A DNA stretch of 64,000 bases from Squalus acanthias (taxonomy: Eukaryota), in the NCBI GenBank assembly GCA_030390025.1, contig CM059425.1, forward strand, positions 168,332,001 through 168,396,000, written 5' to 3'. The position numbers were made by a program, and so were the translations under genes. Of the stretch, positions 10,187 to 24,379 are shown piece by piece (positions within the stretch are counted from its first letter, which is position 1; every line of letters starts with the position of its first letter). The notes beneath the pieces were generated by a model. The model had not been told where the DNA came from. It saw only the letters and a program-made list of their open reading frames with translations, and did no database searches.

Positions 10187-13165
10187 TCAATGTTTAGTAC
10201 CTAAAAATCTAGCGATCTCTGTCTTGAATATACTTAACGACTGAGCGTCCACGGCCCTCTGGGGTAGAGAATTCCAAAGATTCACAACCCTTTGAGTGAA
10301 GAAATTTCTCCTCATCTCAGTCCTAAATGGCCGACCCCTTATTCTGAGACGGTGACCCCCTAGTTCTAGACTCCCCAGCCAGGGGAAACATCCTTCCAAC
10401 ATCTATCCTGTCAAGCCCTGTAAGGATTTTATTTGTTTCAGTGATATCACCTCTCAATCTTCTAAACTCTAGGGAATATAGGCCTAGTGTATTCAATCTC
10501 TCCTCATAGGACAATCCCCCAACCCAGGAATCAGTCTAGTGAACCTTTGTTGCACTCCCTCTGTGGCAAGTATATCCTTCCTTAGGTAAGGAGACCAAAA
10601 CTGTACACTGTACTCCAGGTGTGGTCTCACCAAGACCCTATATAATTGCAGTAAGACTTCTTTACTTTTATACTCCAATGTCTTTGTAATAAAGGCTAAC
10701 ATCCCATTTACTTTCCTAATTGCTTGCTGTAGCTGTATGTTAACTGTCTGTGACTCGTGGGTACAAGGACACCCAGGTCCCTCTGAATACCAACATTTCC
10801 ACTCTCTCAACATTTAAAAAAAATTCCGCTATTCTGTTTTTCCTACCAAAGTGGTTAACTTCACATTTCTCCACATTATATTCCATCTGCCACCTTATTG
10901 CCCATTCACTTAACCTGTCTATCTCCCTTTGCAGCCTCTTTGCGTCCTCTTCACAACTTATTTTACCACAAAGCTTTTTATCATCAGCAAATTTGGATAC
11001 ATAACACTCGGTCCTCTCATCTACGTCATTGATATAGATTGTAAATAGCTGAGGCCCAAGTAATGATCCTTGTAGTCCCCCACTAGTTATAGCCTGCCAA
11101 CCTGAAAATGACCCGTTTATTCCTACTCTGTTTTCTGCCCATTAACCAATCTTCAATCCATATTACCCCCAATCCCATGAGCCCTAATTTTGTGTAATAA
11201 CCTGTTCATAGAATGAATCATAGAATGGTTACAGCACAGAAGGAGGCCATTCAGCCCATTGAGCCCGTGCCGGCTCTCTGCAAGAGCACTTCAGCTAGTC
11301 CCACTCCCCCGCCCTTTCCTCATAGCCCTGCAAATTTCTTTCCTTCAGGTATTTATCCAACTCCCTTTTGAAAACCACGATTGAATCTGCCTCCACCACC
11401 TTTTCAGGCAGTGCATTCCAGATCCTAACCACTCGCAGCGTAAAAAAGTTTTCCCTCTGTCACCTTTGGTTCTTCTGCCAGTCACCTTAAATCTGTGTCC
11501 TCACAGAATCGCAGAATCCCCACAGTGCAGATAGAGGCCATTTCGGCCCATCAAGCCTGCACCGACACATATCCCACCCTATCCCCGTAACCCCACGTAT
11601 TTAATCCCCCCTAACACTAAGGGTCAATTTATCATAGCCAAATCAACCTAACCCGCACATCTTTGGACTGTGGGAGGAAACCGGAGCACCCGGAGGAAAC
11701 CCACGCAGACACAGGGAGAATGTGCAAACTCCACACAGACAGTCACCCGAGGCTGGATTCAAACCCGGGTCCCTGGCGCTGTGAGGCAACAGTGCTAACC
11801 ACTATGCCACCGTGTTGTCCTCTGGTTCTCGACGCTCCCGCCAATCTACTCTGTTTAGACCCCTCATGATTTTGAATACCTCTATCAAATCTCCTCTCAA
11901 TCTTCTCTGCTCTAAGGAGAACAACCCCAGCTTCTCTAGTCTATCCACGTAACTGAAGTCCTTCATCCCTGGAACCATTCTTGTAAATCTTTTCTGCACC
12001 CTCTCTAAGGCCTTCACATCCTTCCTAAAGTGCAGTGCCCATAATTGGACACAGTAGTCCAGTTGAGGCCGAACCAGTGTTTTATAAAGGTTCATCATAA
12101 CTTCCTTGCTTTTGTACTCTGTGCCTCTATTTATGAAGCCCAGGATCCTGTATGCTTTTTTAACCACTTTCTCAACCTGCCCTGCCAACTTCAACGATTT
12201 GTGCACATATACCCTCAGGTCTTTCTGTTCATGCGCCCACTTTAGAATTGTACCCTTTAGCTTATATTGCCTCTCCTCGTCCTTCCTACCAAAATGTATC
12301 ACTATACACTTTTCTGCGTTAAATTTCATCTGCCATGTGTCCGCCCATTCCACCAGCCTGTCTATGTCTTCTTGAAGTCTATCACTATCCTCCTCACTGT
12401 TCACTATGCTTCCAAGTTTTGTGTCATCTGCAAATTTTGAAATTGTGCCCTGTACTCCCAAGTCCAAGTCATTAATATATATCAAGAAAAGCAGTGGCCC
12501 TAGTTCCAAAAAACAACCATTCACCACTACTCCCTGTTTCCTGTCACTTAGCCAATTTCGTATCCATGCTGCCACTGTCCCTTTTATTCCATGGGCTTCA
12601 ACTTTGCTGGCAAGGCTAATATGTGACACTTTATCAAATGCCTTTTGGAAGTCCATGTACACCCGTCAACCGCATTGCCCTTATCAACCTTCTCTGTTAC
12701 CTTATCAAAAAACTCAGTCAAGTTTGTTAAACATGATTTGCCTTTAATTAATCTATGCTGGTTTTCCTTAATTAATCCATACTTGGCCAAGTGACTGTTA
12801 ACTTTGTCCCGGATTATCGTTTCTGAAAGCTTCCCCACTACCGAGGCATCTTATCAAATGCTTTTTCAAATTACAAATACACCACATCCACTGGTTCCCC
12901 CTTATCTGCCCTGCTAGTTACAACCTCAAAAAACTCTAACAGATTTGTCAAACACGATTTCTCTTTCATAAATCTGTGTTGACTCTGCCCAATCATATTA
13001 TTATTTTCTAAGCACGCTCTTACCACATCCCTAATAATAGATTCTAGCATTTTTCCTACTACTGATGTCAGGCTAACTGGTCTATAGTTCCCTGTTTTCT
13101 CTCTCCATCCTCTCTTAAATAGCGGGCTTACATTTGCTACCTTCCAATCCTCAGAGACCATTCCA
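10187..13165 (-). mobile_element. Nested CR1 LINE RT fragments (outer copy 10187-11205 and 12850-13165; inner copy of another family 11207-12850)
   Basis: NYRPVSLTS, KSCLTNL.EFF, YMDFQKAFDKV, KFADDTKL, LVRPHLEY.VQFWSP motifs, with stops and frameshifts. Confidence 0.92.
11503..11815 (-). mobile_element. HE1-type V-SINE inserted in CR1
   Basis: tRNA-like head ggtggcatagtggttagcac, V-domain ...gtgggtttcctccgggtgctccggtttcctccc..., CR1-like tail; tgtcctc duplicated at both ends. Confidence 0.85.
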
Positions 13166-13954
13166 AATGTTTTTATACTGTCTAGATTTTAAAATTTTCA
13201 AAGATTATTACATCATCGTTATTTTGCAATCAAATCTATACAGGATTTAATAATAATCATACTGATCATTTACCTAGTTTAGATTTGGCCCTTGGTTTCA
13301 GTTTGTCATTTTTAATTTTTATTAATTGCTAACTTGCTACATCCTCTAGACTAAATAAATGCTTCAAAAACCATTCATTGCCATCTGTGCAGATTCAGTG
13401 CATATTTTCCCCAAGTGCTTTAATTAGTTAGGTAAGAACTTGTTTCCTTCAATCCTTTACATCATGTTTGACTGACAAGTTTGAATTTAAAGTATCTTCA
13501 GTACACTGTAATAAAATGATTGCACTGTTAACCTATTTACAATATTATGATTTACCTTTTGGAATAATTCACATCTTTATAAATAAGGATATTTGACTGA
13601 ATGATGGCAGTATTTTCAGCCAGGCATTTTTTTAAGCGTAGGTGTAATGTAATATTGTATAACTACTGCTGTCATACCACCATCCAGGACAAATGGTCCT
13701 CTGGTCTTCACATGATACAAGCCTATGTCTAATGATTGAAGGGGAGGTTCCTACTAATCTTCTCCCTTATACAAAATGTCCACATCACTTTAGTTTTGCT
13801 AGTAACTTTTCTTCTTGGATTTTAACATAATTCAAGCAATAAATCCAGCCGTTAGCTCAAAGGAATGATCTGTTTGTGAATGAAGGTGCAGTTACCAGTC
13901 ACGGTCTCTGCTTTGCAGCAAGACAACTCTGGCATGTGCGACTTGTGGAACCCT

Positions 13955-14220
13955 TTAAGGTAATTGGTAAAAGAACCAGAGAGACGAGATGAGCAGAACA
14001 TATTTTACACAGTGAGTTCTTATGATCTGGAATGCACTGCCTGAAAGGGTGGTGGAAGCAGATTCACTTGTAACTTTCAAAAGGGAATTGGATGAATACT
14101 TATAAAGGAAAAATTTGCTGGGGTATGGGGAAAGAACAGGGGAGTGGGACTAATTAGATAGGTCTTTCAAAGAGCCGGCACAGGCACGATGGGCCGAATG
14201 GCCTCTTTCTGTGCTGTAAG
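13955..14220 (+). mobile_element. CR1 3' end
   Basis: WN.LP..VV motif and 3' stem gggccgaatggcct. Confidence 0.8.
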
Positions 14221-14227
14221 ATACTAT

Positions 14228-14994
14228 GGCCCAGAAATTGGACTTTGATGGTTGCCGCGGGGGTAAGGATCCCCCGCGATATCGCACTCCGCGCCTGCCT
14301 TTATGGTTTTGGCCCACACGAACTTCAGTTCCTGGGCCTCTCCCTGGTGCCGGCGCGCAGTGTGTGCGTGTCCCAGAGGCGCAGTTAGTTCGATGCGACC
14401 TCTGGGATCACGTGGGCCAGTTAGAGCCAATGGCAGCACACCATCTTTCATTCATAGTTTTGACAGGAAGAGCTGTCAAAACTATGAATACAACAAGCCC
14501 CCAAAAGAACAGCTAAACCTCAATTGATTTTTTTTTAAAAGCCATCACATTAATAAAATAACTATAGTTAAATAAATTAACCACTTTAAACAAAAATTTA
14601 AATTTTTGAAAAAATTTTAAATTCTTTTTAAAAGCTATAAAAATAAACTTACCTTTCTTTAAAGTCTCTAAAAAAGATAAACCTGTTGAAAAAAATTTAA
14701 AATAATACTTAATTAACTACTTACCTTGTTAAAAGGGGGTCTTACACCTGCTTTCTTCATGTGTAAAATCTTCAACACTTACCTGCGCGTTCAAACCTGA
14801 AAAAAAAACTAAGTGTGCTGCGTGCGCACAGCCTGTAGTGCGCACGCGGTTCACTTAGGAACCGCCCCCTTCGCAATATCGGAAGTGCCGGTTTCCCGCG
14901 CATGCGCAGTGCATGCAGGAAACCGGCACTTCGGGACCAAATATGGGTGAGTACATAGTGCGTACTCTCCCGTATTCGGACGAATTTCTGGGCC
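14228..14994. mobile_element. Harbinger-type MITE with TAT TSD
   Basis: TIRs ggcccagaaatt / aatttctgggcc, tat on both sides, AT-rich quasi-palindromic centre. Confidence 0.85.
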
Positions 14995-15770
14995 TATGAT
15001 TTTATTGGAATCAGAAACTCGACGGAAATTGGTTAAATTCCCAGATGATACTGAACAGGAGAAGGGGGAACAGTCACATCTGAAAAAGCTTCCAAAGACC
15101 AAGAAAAGGATTTAGTTAAAATCTGTAAATGGACAGATCAATGGCAGATGAAACATAATACAGACCTGTGTATGGTATTAAACACTGGTAGAAGGGATAG
15201 GGGGTAAAAATTTGTTACGGCTTGTGTTTGGGCGTATTGCTGATGGCAAACCTCCAGCATGCACCAGAGCTGGGAGGATCGAGGCTGGCCCGAGATTGGG
15301 CCTCAGGCCTCATTTTAATAATGGGTATGAACTGTCGGCACCTGCTGTGTTTCCTGAGGCAGCTCACCCCTGTGGCTCAATCTAATTTGGGCTACTTGCT
15401 TCTCCGGCTGTGGCCCTAAGGTAAGTTCTGGAGGGGATGGGGGAGAGACGAACGAGAGGGGTCGATTGCGGATCCTCAAGACAGTTGGGGAGCCAGGGGG
15501 ACCAAGCGTGCTCCTCCTGGCTCCACAGGAAGGTAAGTAAATAAAAACATACTTTTTGGTGGCGCCCACTTGTTGGGCTGCAGCATTCTCAGCAAAACCT
15601 GAGCGGAACAGGCCCGACACTTGCACTCAACACTGACAAATTTTGTTTCCGAGTATGTAGATAGGCGTTAGACTGCTTATTAGCATATGCAAGAGGCTTA
15701 ACATCTGTTTAAGGTGGCCACTTGGGACCCCTGACAATTGTCCAAGGTCAATATGGTTTTGGGCGTATTT

Positions 15771-16905
15771 CATAGAAACATAAGAACATAACAATTAGGA
15801 GCAGGAGTAGACCACATGGCCCCTTGAGCCTGCTCCGCCATTCAATAAGATCATGGCTGATCTTCGACCTCAACTCCACTTTCCCGCCTGATCCCCATGT
15901 CCCTTGATTCCCCTGGAGTCCAAAAATCTATCTATCGCAGCCGTGAATATACTCAACGACTCAGCATCCACAGCCCTTTGGAGTAGAGAATTCCAAAGAT
16001 TCACAACCCTCTGAGTGAGGAAATTCTTCCTCATCTCAATCTTAAATGGCCTACTCCTTATCCACTAGACTCTCCAGCCAGGGGGAACAACCTCTCAGCA
16101 TCTACCCTGTCAATGCCCCTCAGAATCTTATATGTTTCAATGAGATCACCTCTCATTCTTCTAAACTCCAGAGAGTATAGGCGCAATCTCTCTTCATAGG
16201 ACAACCCTCTAGTGAACCTTTGTTGCAGCGCCTCTAAGGCATGTATGTCCTTTCTCAGATAAGGAGACCAAAACTGTACACAGTACTCATAGAATCATAG
16301 AATGGTTACAGCACAGAAGGAGGCCATTCGGTCCATCGAGCCCGTGCCGGCTCTCTGCAAGAGCACTTCAGCTAGTCCCACTCCCCCGCCCTTTCCCCGT
16401 AGCCCTGCAAATTTATTCCCTCAGGTACTTATCCAATTCCCTTTTGAAAGCCACGATTGAGTCTGCCTCCACCATCCTTTCAGGCAGTGCATTCCAGGTC
16501 CTAACCACTCGCTGCATAAAAAAGTTTTTCCTCATGTCATCTTTGGTTCTTTTGCCAATCATCTTGAATCTGTGTCCTCTGGTTCTCGATCCTTCCGAAC
16601 AGTTTCTCTCTATCTACTCTGTCTAGACCCCTCATGATTTTGAATACCTCTATCAAATCTCCTCTCAACCTTCTCTGCTCAAACGAGAACAACCCCAGCT
16701 TCTCTAGTCTATCCACGTAACTGAAGTCCCTCATCCCTGGAATCATTCTCATAAATCTTTTCTGCACCCTCTCTAAGGCCTTCACGTCCTTCCTAAAGTC
16801 CGGTGCCCAGAATTGTACACAGTACTCCAGATGAGGCCGAACCAGTGTTTTATAAAGGTTCATCATAACTTCCTTGCTTTTGTACTCTATGCCTCTATTT
16901 ATGAA
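15771..16905 (-). mobile_element. Two adjacent CR1 3' fragments; short Penelope family A pLTR follows at 16905-16997
   Basis: CR1 tails (catagaaacataag; catagaatcatagaat) and RT C-terminus LVRPHLEYCVQFWAP. Confidence 0.88.
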
Positions 16906-17064
16906 GCAAAAACAGAAAATGCTTGAAATACTCAGCAGGTCAGGCAGCATCTGTGGAGAGAGAAACAGAGTTAACGTTTCAGGTCGATGACCTTTCTGAG
17001 CTTTCTATATTCAGCCTGATTCTCTCTTGTATTCTCAACATCTGTCATATGCGCCCTTTTTCCC

Positions 17065-18790
17065 AACCTCAGCAGGTCCGTGGCGGGCGACGTCAGTGGT
17101 AGTTCCTGACCCTGCTGGTGGCTCCAGCCCATTGTGTAGAATGATTTTACATTGATTGGGCTTGTTAAGCCCGCCCTGCGTGTTTGCCGGCCAACTGAAG
17201 GAAGCAGGTCTGATGACATCATTTGATGACGCGTCATCAGCCGGTTTCCTTAAAGGGACCATGCACAAATTTATTTTGACATTTGTGCTGTCAGTGTTCT
17301 ACAGCACTGAGGTGCTGCAAACGCTGACAAGCACTGCACAGAGGTGCACGGCTGCACCGAGGCTCTCCTATGACTCCCTCCATATGCTTATGGAGGGAGT
17401 CACAGCACGCAGAGAGGTTCTCTTCCCTTCCAATGGGCAGAAGAGACCTCCCCAGGACACCAATGCAGCCTGGTTGCACATTGCACAGGAGGACACAAGC
17501 AGGGATATCGTCAGGAGGACCAGGTTGCAGTGTCGCAAACCTTTCAATGATCTCAGTAGATCACAAAACGTTACTGCAAAGCCACACTCAAACTCATCCT
17601 GCTGTGCCACTCATCACATCCCCATCACTCTGCCTTCCCTACCCTACTCCTGCACATCCTTACTCACACCAACTTACCTTGCACCTTCACCCATCCCTCT
17701 CTATCTACATTATCACTTCCCCATCTCTCTAGCCACCCCTCATACACACAAGGGTAGGCACGTGTGTGTTTTAGCCAATGTTCATGTGAAGTTTCTGTTA
17801 ATGTGCTGTCAAACATTGAAATCTTTATTTTCAACACTTTGCGTTCTTGGACAGATTTGTATGCACCTTTGGAAGTGACTTAGTGAGTTGCAGTGAATGG
17901 TGAGACATAACGGTACTCCCCGCAATGGTGATGAGTGTGAAAGGAATGGCTTGGGCATTGTGGGGATGCTTTATGGGGTGGTGCCAACCTGGTGCATCAT
18001 GTGGCAGTCAGGGTGTACAGCATGAAGTGAAGTAAATCTGGCCATGGTGAGGCCATCCCTGGCGTCCCAGGCAGCAATGTGGTCGGGTGCTGATGCCCTC
18101 TGTCCTGTGCAGCATCAGTTGATTGCAGAGAAGGTTGGTGTTGTTGTTGGTGCTGCTGGTGTGCCTGGTGCTGCTGGTGTTGGGGCTGATCGTGGTGGGA
18201 TTCTGAGGACCAAGGTGAAATAGTTTCAAGGGCACTGATGCTGATGTAATAGATGGCAGGTGAAATTGAGATGACAGAAGTGATCTGTCATTGGTGAGAG
18301 AGGTTGTTCCAATGAGGTGACACTGGATAGAGTGTTTACTCCAAACACTTGCAACCTGCAATAAAGCTTAATCTGTCTTCCAAATGCAGTAAGCAACAGC
18401 TTCTGAGCTTGGAAAGTGAACAGCTGTGAGATGGGAGCTTTTATAGCACATTTGCAGCTGTCAAGTAATGAGATGATTCCATGGTCATACAACTCCCGAC
18501 CTCCTTACCTGATGTGATCCCCGAGCAGCGTGGACCCCGTGGGTGACCTCGTAAAATGTAAAGGTGAGTTCAAAATACTTCTTAATGGGCTGTTAACAAG
18601 GTCATAATGACCTGACTTGCCTCCCCCACTGCTGCGTGTCGGGTCTGTTCAGCGCTGACAGACCTGACATCTGGGAAAGGCATGTGGTGGCGGGTTGACA
18701 GCGGGATCCCGACCTGCTTCAAAAAAAAACATTTTCCCACCCGGCCCGCCACCAAACACGCCTGCTGACCCCCCCGAAAAATTCCCCCCT
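17065..18790. mobile_element. Decayed Harbinger element inside a CR1 (Myb/SANT exon on +, transposase remnants on -)
   Basis: AAPRLS.DSL..L.EGV.ARREVLFP....W..IA......R...QCRK.FNDL on plus strand; right TIR aaaattcccc; CR1 ORF2 (ENQAEYRKL / PWMTKEIE) on both sides. Confidence 0.75.
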
Positions 18791-19559
18791 CTATCTCTTT
18801 CGTCATCCAGGGAGTTCTGACTTTGTTTGCTCTACCTTTCCCCCTCGTGGGAAAGTACCTTGACTGTACCCGAACCATCTCTTCTTTAAAGGCAGCCCAA
18901 TGTTTGATTACAGTTTTGCCTGCCAATCTTTGATTCCAATTTACCCGGGCCAGATCCATTCTCAACCCACTGAAATTTGCCTTCCTCCAATTAAGTATTT
19001 TTACTCTAGATTGCTCCCTGTCCTTTTCCATAGCTAATCTAAACCTTATGATACTATGAACACTGTTCCCTAAATGTTCCCATTCCTCCAGGTGTGGTCT
19101 CGCCAAAGCCAGGTCCTCTCTCAGTTGCTTCCACTGTACATCTGTAAAATGGGTGAAGCATAATCTAGTTTCTAGGCCCTTGGTTTTCCACACCACCACA
19201 CTTACCACTTAAGATGTCAATCATTGTGGAGCAGCAACAGAAGAGCAAATAGAATGATAAACTATATTGCTAAATTACTGTAGAATAAATTAGAGAATGT
19301 TATGCTGAAACTGTATAGTGCACTGGCCAAACAGCAACTTAAGTACTGTGTCCAGTTTTGGGCATTTTGATGGAAGATAAACATTAAGATCATAGAAAGC
19401 CATGCGGATGATCGCTAGCATAAGAGAAATGAGTTATGTTACAAGGGCCTAGAAACTGGATTATGCTTCACCTGTTTTACAAACGTACAGTGGAGGCAAC
19501 TGAGAGAGGACTGTATAAAGGTACATGGCATATATGAGAAGCATAGAGAAAATTCAAGT

Positions 19560-20205
19560 GTTTCCCTATCAAAGGAGGGTCACTAGACTAATTCCCAGTC
19601 TAAAGCATCTTAGTTATCAAGATAGGCTAAAAGAATTGGGACTCTATACCTTAGAGAAGCGTAGACTTAGAGATGATCTGATTGAGGTTTATAAGATAAT
19701 GAAGGGAATAGATTGTGTTCCAGCTGACAGTTTATTTCAATTAAATAGATTAGGGAGGTCCGGGGTCACAAATTTAAGTTGTATAAGGCTAGATCTAGGT
19801 TAGATGTCAGGAGGTGGTTCTTTTCCGATTGGACCTCTGGAACAGGCTGCCATCTCGTGCGGTGGCTGCTAATTCGCTGAATTCCTTCAAGTGAGAGCTG
19901 AATTTGTTTCTGGCTGGGGCGGAGATCACCTCTTACAAAAGGTAGGTACTGCAGGGAATTCAGGGCCAGAGTGATCTCCTGGACTAGTTTCGATTGCCTA
20001 GATGGGTCGGAGAGGAATTTTCCAGATTTTCTTCCCCCAAATTGGCCTGGGTTTTTTATTTGACTTTTTGCCTCTCCCAGGAGATCACATGGTATTGGGT
20101 GAGGTGGAGTTTATATATTGTGATACACAAGGTGTCGCAATTGTGTGGGACAGGCTCGATGGACCAGAGGGTCTTTACCTGTCCATCATTGTTCGTATGT
20201 TCGTT
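19560..20205 (+). mobile_element. CR1 LINE 3' fragment (older CR1 debris at 18790-19540)
   Basis: LSYQDRLKELGLYTLEKRRLRDDLIEVYKIMKG. Confidence 0.8.
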
Positions 20206-21615
20206 GATTAGGAATAGTGTTGAAGGTTATAGGGACAGGTTTGAACAGAGATAGAACACAATTGTTCCTCTGCTGCTATGACAAAGAAACTCTCATCTAT
20301 GGAAGTCAACCAGCCAGAGTTAAATAGTGAAGATGGATTGATATTCCAGAATTTTGCTTGGTTATCAATGGAGACATGAATAAATGATAAGGTAGATTGC
20401 ACATGGAATTCTGATGGGAATGAAACACTTAGATCAAATGTCCTTTTCCCATTCTATGCTTTCTTATATTCTTACAGGTAAGGAGGGAGGACTAAACTCA
20501 CATCTGCCAGCAGCCAGTGAAGGAGGGGAAGGTCCCATGACATCAAGCTAACCAAGAAATGGTTTGTGGAATGGGGCAGGGGGCTAAAGAAGGAAAAATA
20601 CCAATAAATGGATGGGGAAATTAATTTTGCTGCTCCAATCCATTAGATAATAGTATAAGCATAGTATACTCACCCCTAAATTCCCCCAGTGGGAAAGTAC
20701 GCTGCATGGTGTGGTGCTAAGCCACACAGACCTAGAAGGTCCCAGGCTTAACCTACGTCTGTGTAGAGCTATCTTATTTCAACTGGGGCAGTGGTGGGAT
20801 TGTGAGAATCGTGTCGGAAGGAAGAGAAAAATCAGCCACAGTTTACACTCCTGCATTCTGCTACTCACTTTTGAAGCTTACACTTAAAGAACGGCTCCCC
20901 CTTCCCTTGGACAAGGTACTGCGATCTGCTACCACCTATGGAACCACATCCCAGCACCTTCAGGAGAGGTGTAGCAATAGGTAAAGAAAAATCAAAGATA
21001 ACATTAGATAACAATAAGTACATACAACAGAAGGGATAATTTTACAAATTCATTTTCCTGACATGGTGCCTTCCAGCCAAGAGTGCATAATGGGAATTTG
21101 GGTGCAGACTACGTTGATTTTCTATTTTAAAATGCATCGAGACAATTGTGGGAGTCCACATGTAATTTCTTAAAGGTACTCCTGGTGGCTGAGGCTCTGC
21201 ACAATGAATGTGCCAAAGTGCATCACAGTCAATTAATTAGTCGGTTGAAGTTTTGTAGACATCCGCAACAGCCAATTCAACAATACATTACTGCATTGAA
21301 GTGCCAGCCTAGATTATGTACCTAAATCCTGGAGTGAGGCTTTGAACCTACAATTTTCTGACTTAGAGATGGGTGACAATGCTATCAAGGTGGCACCATT
21401 TATTAACGTAGGTTTTATTCAGTAAATAGTAATTTTTCGGTGTGGACTCCACATCGACTTTCAAATAATATCTGTTTTAACTGTGTCATCTATTTCTCAC
21501 ACCCTCATTAAATGTATACTAATATGTCTGTAACTATACTGGTTATTAAAACTATTTTTTGCTTAATGTACACACACAAAAATACTCTAAAGTGCTAGTA
21601 ATCTAATAAATCTTC

Positions 21616-21621
21616 TTTATT
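21616..21621 (-). terminator. Probable poly(A) signal of SLCO4C1 (3' UTR about 2.1 kb)
   Basis: AATAAA on the minus strand followed 35-50 nt later by a GT/T-rich element (gtatttttgtgtgtgt); more proximal AATAAA copies also occur near 23143 and 23237. Confidence 0.45.
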
Positions 21622-23684
21622 GCTTAAAATGATCAAATTACAAAAACTCTTTCAACATTTGTTTTGCCAAATCTTTCAACAAAATAGCAATTGAGAACAG
21701 TTCAAAGGTCATTCATTTACATTTTACCAGAATAGTTACAGTTATATTTACAAATACCTACATGCTCTTGTTTTTTTAAATTCAAGAATACATGGAATTG
21801 AAGAGAGAAATAATCAACGATGGTACACGCAGATGTAGCTGCTTGTCAAAGATTTTGCTTAGAATATTCAGATTGATTTTATGCATAAAAGTATTTGGTG
21901 TGGTGACCAGGACATTCCTTACTTATTTAATTAGTTGGCACAAATAGGTTATGCTGTGGAGAGGTTTAACATGGGCAATTCAGGAACCTAAAAGTAACAT
22001 TCCTGACTTCACACTCTGACGTCTACACTTTTGATGGTTGCGGTGATTTCTCACATTTTGTGTAGCAGAAAATAACTGTGGTGATCAACTTGGCCTGGTA
22101 CAAGTACGCCTTCTATTAAGTCCTTCTGGATTGGCCTTGGACTCTATTCACACTCCATAGGATGAATCAAACTACCCCTCCCAGTTAAAGGAGGTTCCTA
22201 ATGGTGAACAATCCTCATGTATCCCTTGTATTCTTGGTCTTGTCAGTTCTGTGCCAACTGTAACGGAGAGGGTGGGAAGCTGATTCACTGCCAGACCTTC
22301 CACTAATACTACTCTCATTTGGCTATTTGGAGGTGTGGGAGAGAAAACAAGGGACAACTTTTCCTCCAATTTTGTCTCCCTTCCAGGTTAAATTGCTTGA
22401 CCAATGTTCAGTACCTCTCCACAAGCAACTTGCCTGGGATCAGATGTTCAGTATTATGGGCAAATTAAACCTGCAACCCAGCACTCTGGCAGTGCTCATT
22501 GGGATTCTAACTTGCTGCAGCATCCAACACTTTTCCCTTTTATTTTCTAAATCTTTCTCTCATCTTCTTGTGAAGGATGTATCTCATGCCAGGGGACAGC
22601 TCCAGGTGCACTGGTGGCTCTCCAGTACCTTATCCAAGTAGCCATTCTTCACGTGTGAGCGTACAGATGAGTTTGGAAAACCTCTCAACAAACACCCACA
22701 CATGCACACTGGCTGTCAAGATAGTGGTCAGGATTGGGACAATTTTTCTTCCCTCCCCACCCCCCAGCCCAAGGACCTAGATGCCAAGTGTAACACCCCT
22801 GCTGTGCCCCAGCGGAGATCAGTTGAGCACAGTTTGAGTTTCAAATCTGGGACTTCTTTGCTCTGTTTGGCTAATTAACGAAAATGATTATCAAGGCAGC
22901 TATGTGAAAGGGCATGGCACTCAGTGCATGGCACCACAAAGTTTGAAAAGAATACAGGAGAATATTAGGTGAGGTAAACCAAGAAGTGGTAATTAGGTTT
23001 TGCCAAGCTTGGGTTATAAAAGTATGTAGCCTGTAGGAGACAATTATTTAATGTGCTTTTAAAGTGGGCTGTAAGAGTCAATTGGGGTCAGAGCTGATTT
23101 AAAAGTCATATTTGAAGCAGAAATACAATGTGAACAATTAAATTTATTATAAATGCAACTTCTATAGTATTGTACTCTTAATTTGTTGAAGGACTCCTAG
23201 GTGTATTCCATGTGGCAATTTATTTACCATATATATTTTATTAATGACTATTTTTGGAGGATGCCTATATAGAAGCTAGATGCCACCTATTTCACACATG
23301 AAACATTAAGAGGACAGCTCTCTAGATAGGCACAGAGCACGTCCAGTACCTACAATAGCAGTTTGTGCATTTCACATGCTTTCATATACAGGAGTAAAAG
23401 GATGCTTTTTTTCCCCCAATTTCCACCAGTTTTTGTGTTGATCAAAAAATCATAATGGGGACAAGGTTTAAAAAAACAAGATGGCCCCCGACCAGACCCA
23501 AACAATTGACCAAATTCACATCATAAATAAATATAATTGCTTGTTTTAAATGATAGACATACATTTTCATGCATAAGCCCTCCAAGACAGAAATTTGCAA
23601 TCGTGTCATATTTAAGAAAGAAAAATATATCAAATGAATTTTTTGTCCCTCAGTATGTTGTTATATGTTCATTATTGCACAGGT

Positions 23685-23866
23685 TTAATGGTCAGTGTAC
23701 ACATTTCCCCCATCAGTCAGAGTTAAATCCTGGTCCTGGTCCTGGAATCCCCATTGACTACTTGGACCATTAGCAATCTGTTCTGTAACTTCAGCAACCC
23801 GTGGAGGTCTATATAAGAAATAAGCTGCAGTAATTGAGAGACTGGAGATCAGTTTGCAAGATGTAC
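23685..23866 (-). CDS. SLCO4C1: SLCO4C1-like terminal coding exon
   Basis: ttctag|GT ACA TCT TGC AAA...; (G)TSCKLISSLSITAAYFLYRPPRVAEVTEQIANGPSSQWGFQDQDQDLTLTDGGNVYTDH, ending at TAA 23685-23687. Confidence 0.9.
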
Positions 23867-24379
23867 CTAGAAACAAAACATGCAGATTAAGATTATGTTG
23901 ATATAGAATAATACAGCACAGAAGGAGGCCATCATGCCTGTGGTGGTTCTTTGAAAGAGGTATCCAATTAGTTCCACTCCCCTGCTCTTTCCCCATAGAC
24001 CTGCAAATTTATCATTTTCAAGTATATATCCAATTCCCTTTTGAAATTTACTATTGAATCTGCTTCCATCACCCATTCAGGCAGTGTATTCCAGATCATA
24101 ACAACTAGCAGTGTAAAAAAGAATTCTTCTCCTCTCCCCTCTGGTTCTTTTGCCAATTATCTTAAATCTGTGTGTTCTAGTTACTGACCATCCTGCTAGT
24201 GGAAACAGTTTCTCCTTAGTTACTCTGTCAAAACCCTACATAATTTTGAACACCTCTCAGTGTCAGCCATGGCTCAATTGGTAGCACACTTAGTAGAGAG
24301 GTCAATAACCAGGGGGCATAGATTTAAAGTAATTGGAGTAGAGTGGAGTTGAGGAGAACTATTTTCACCCAGAGGGTGG

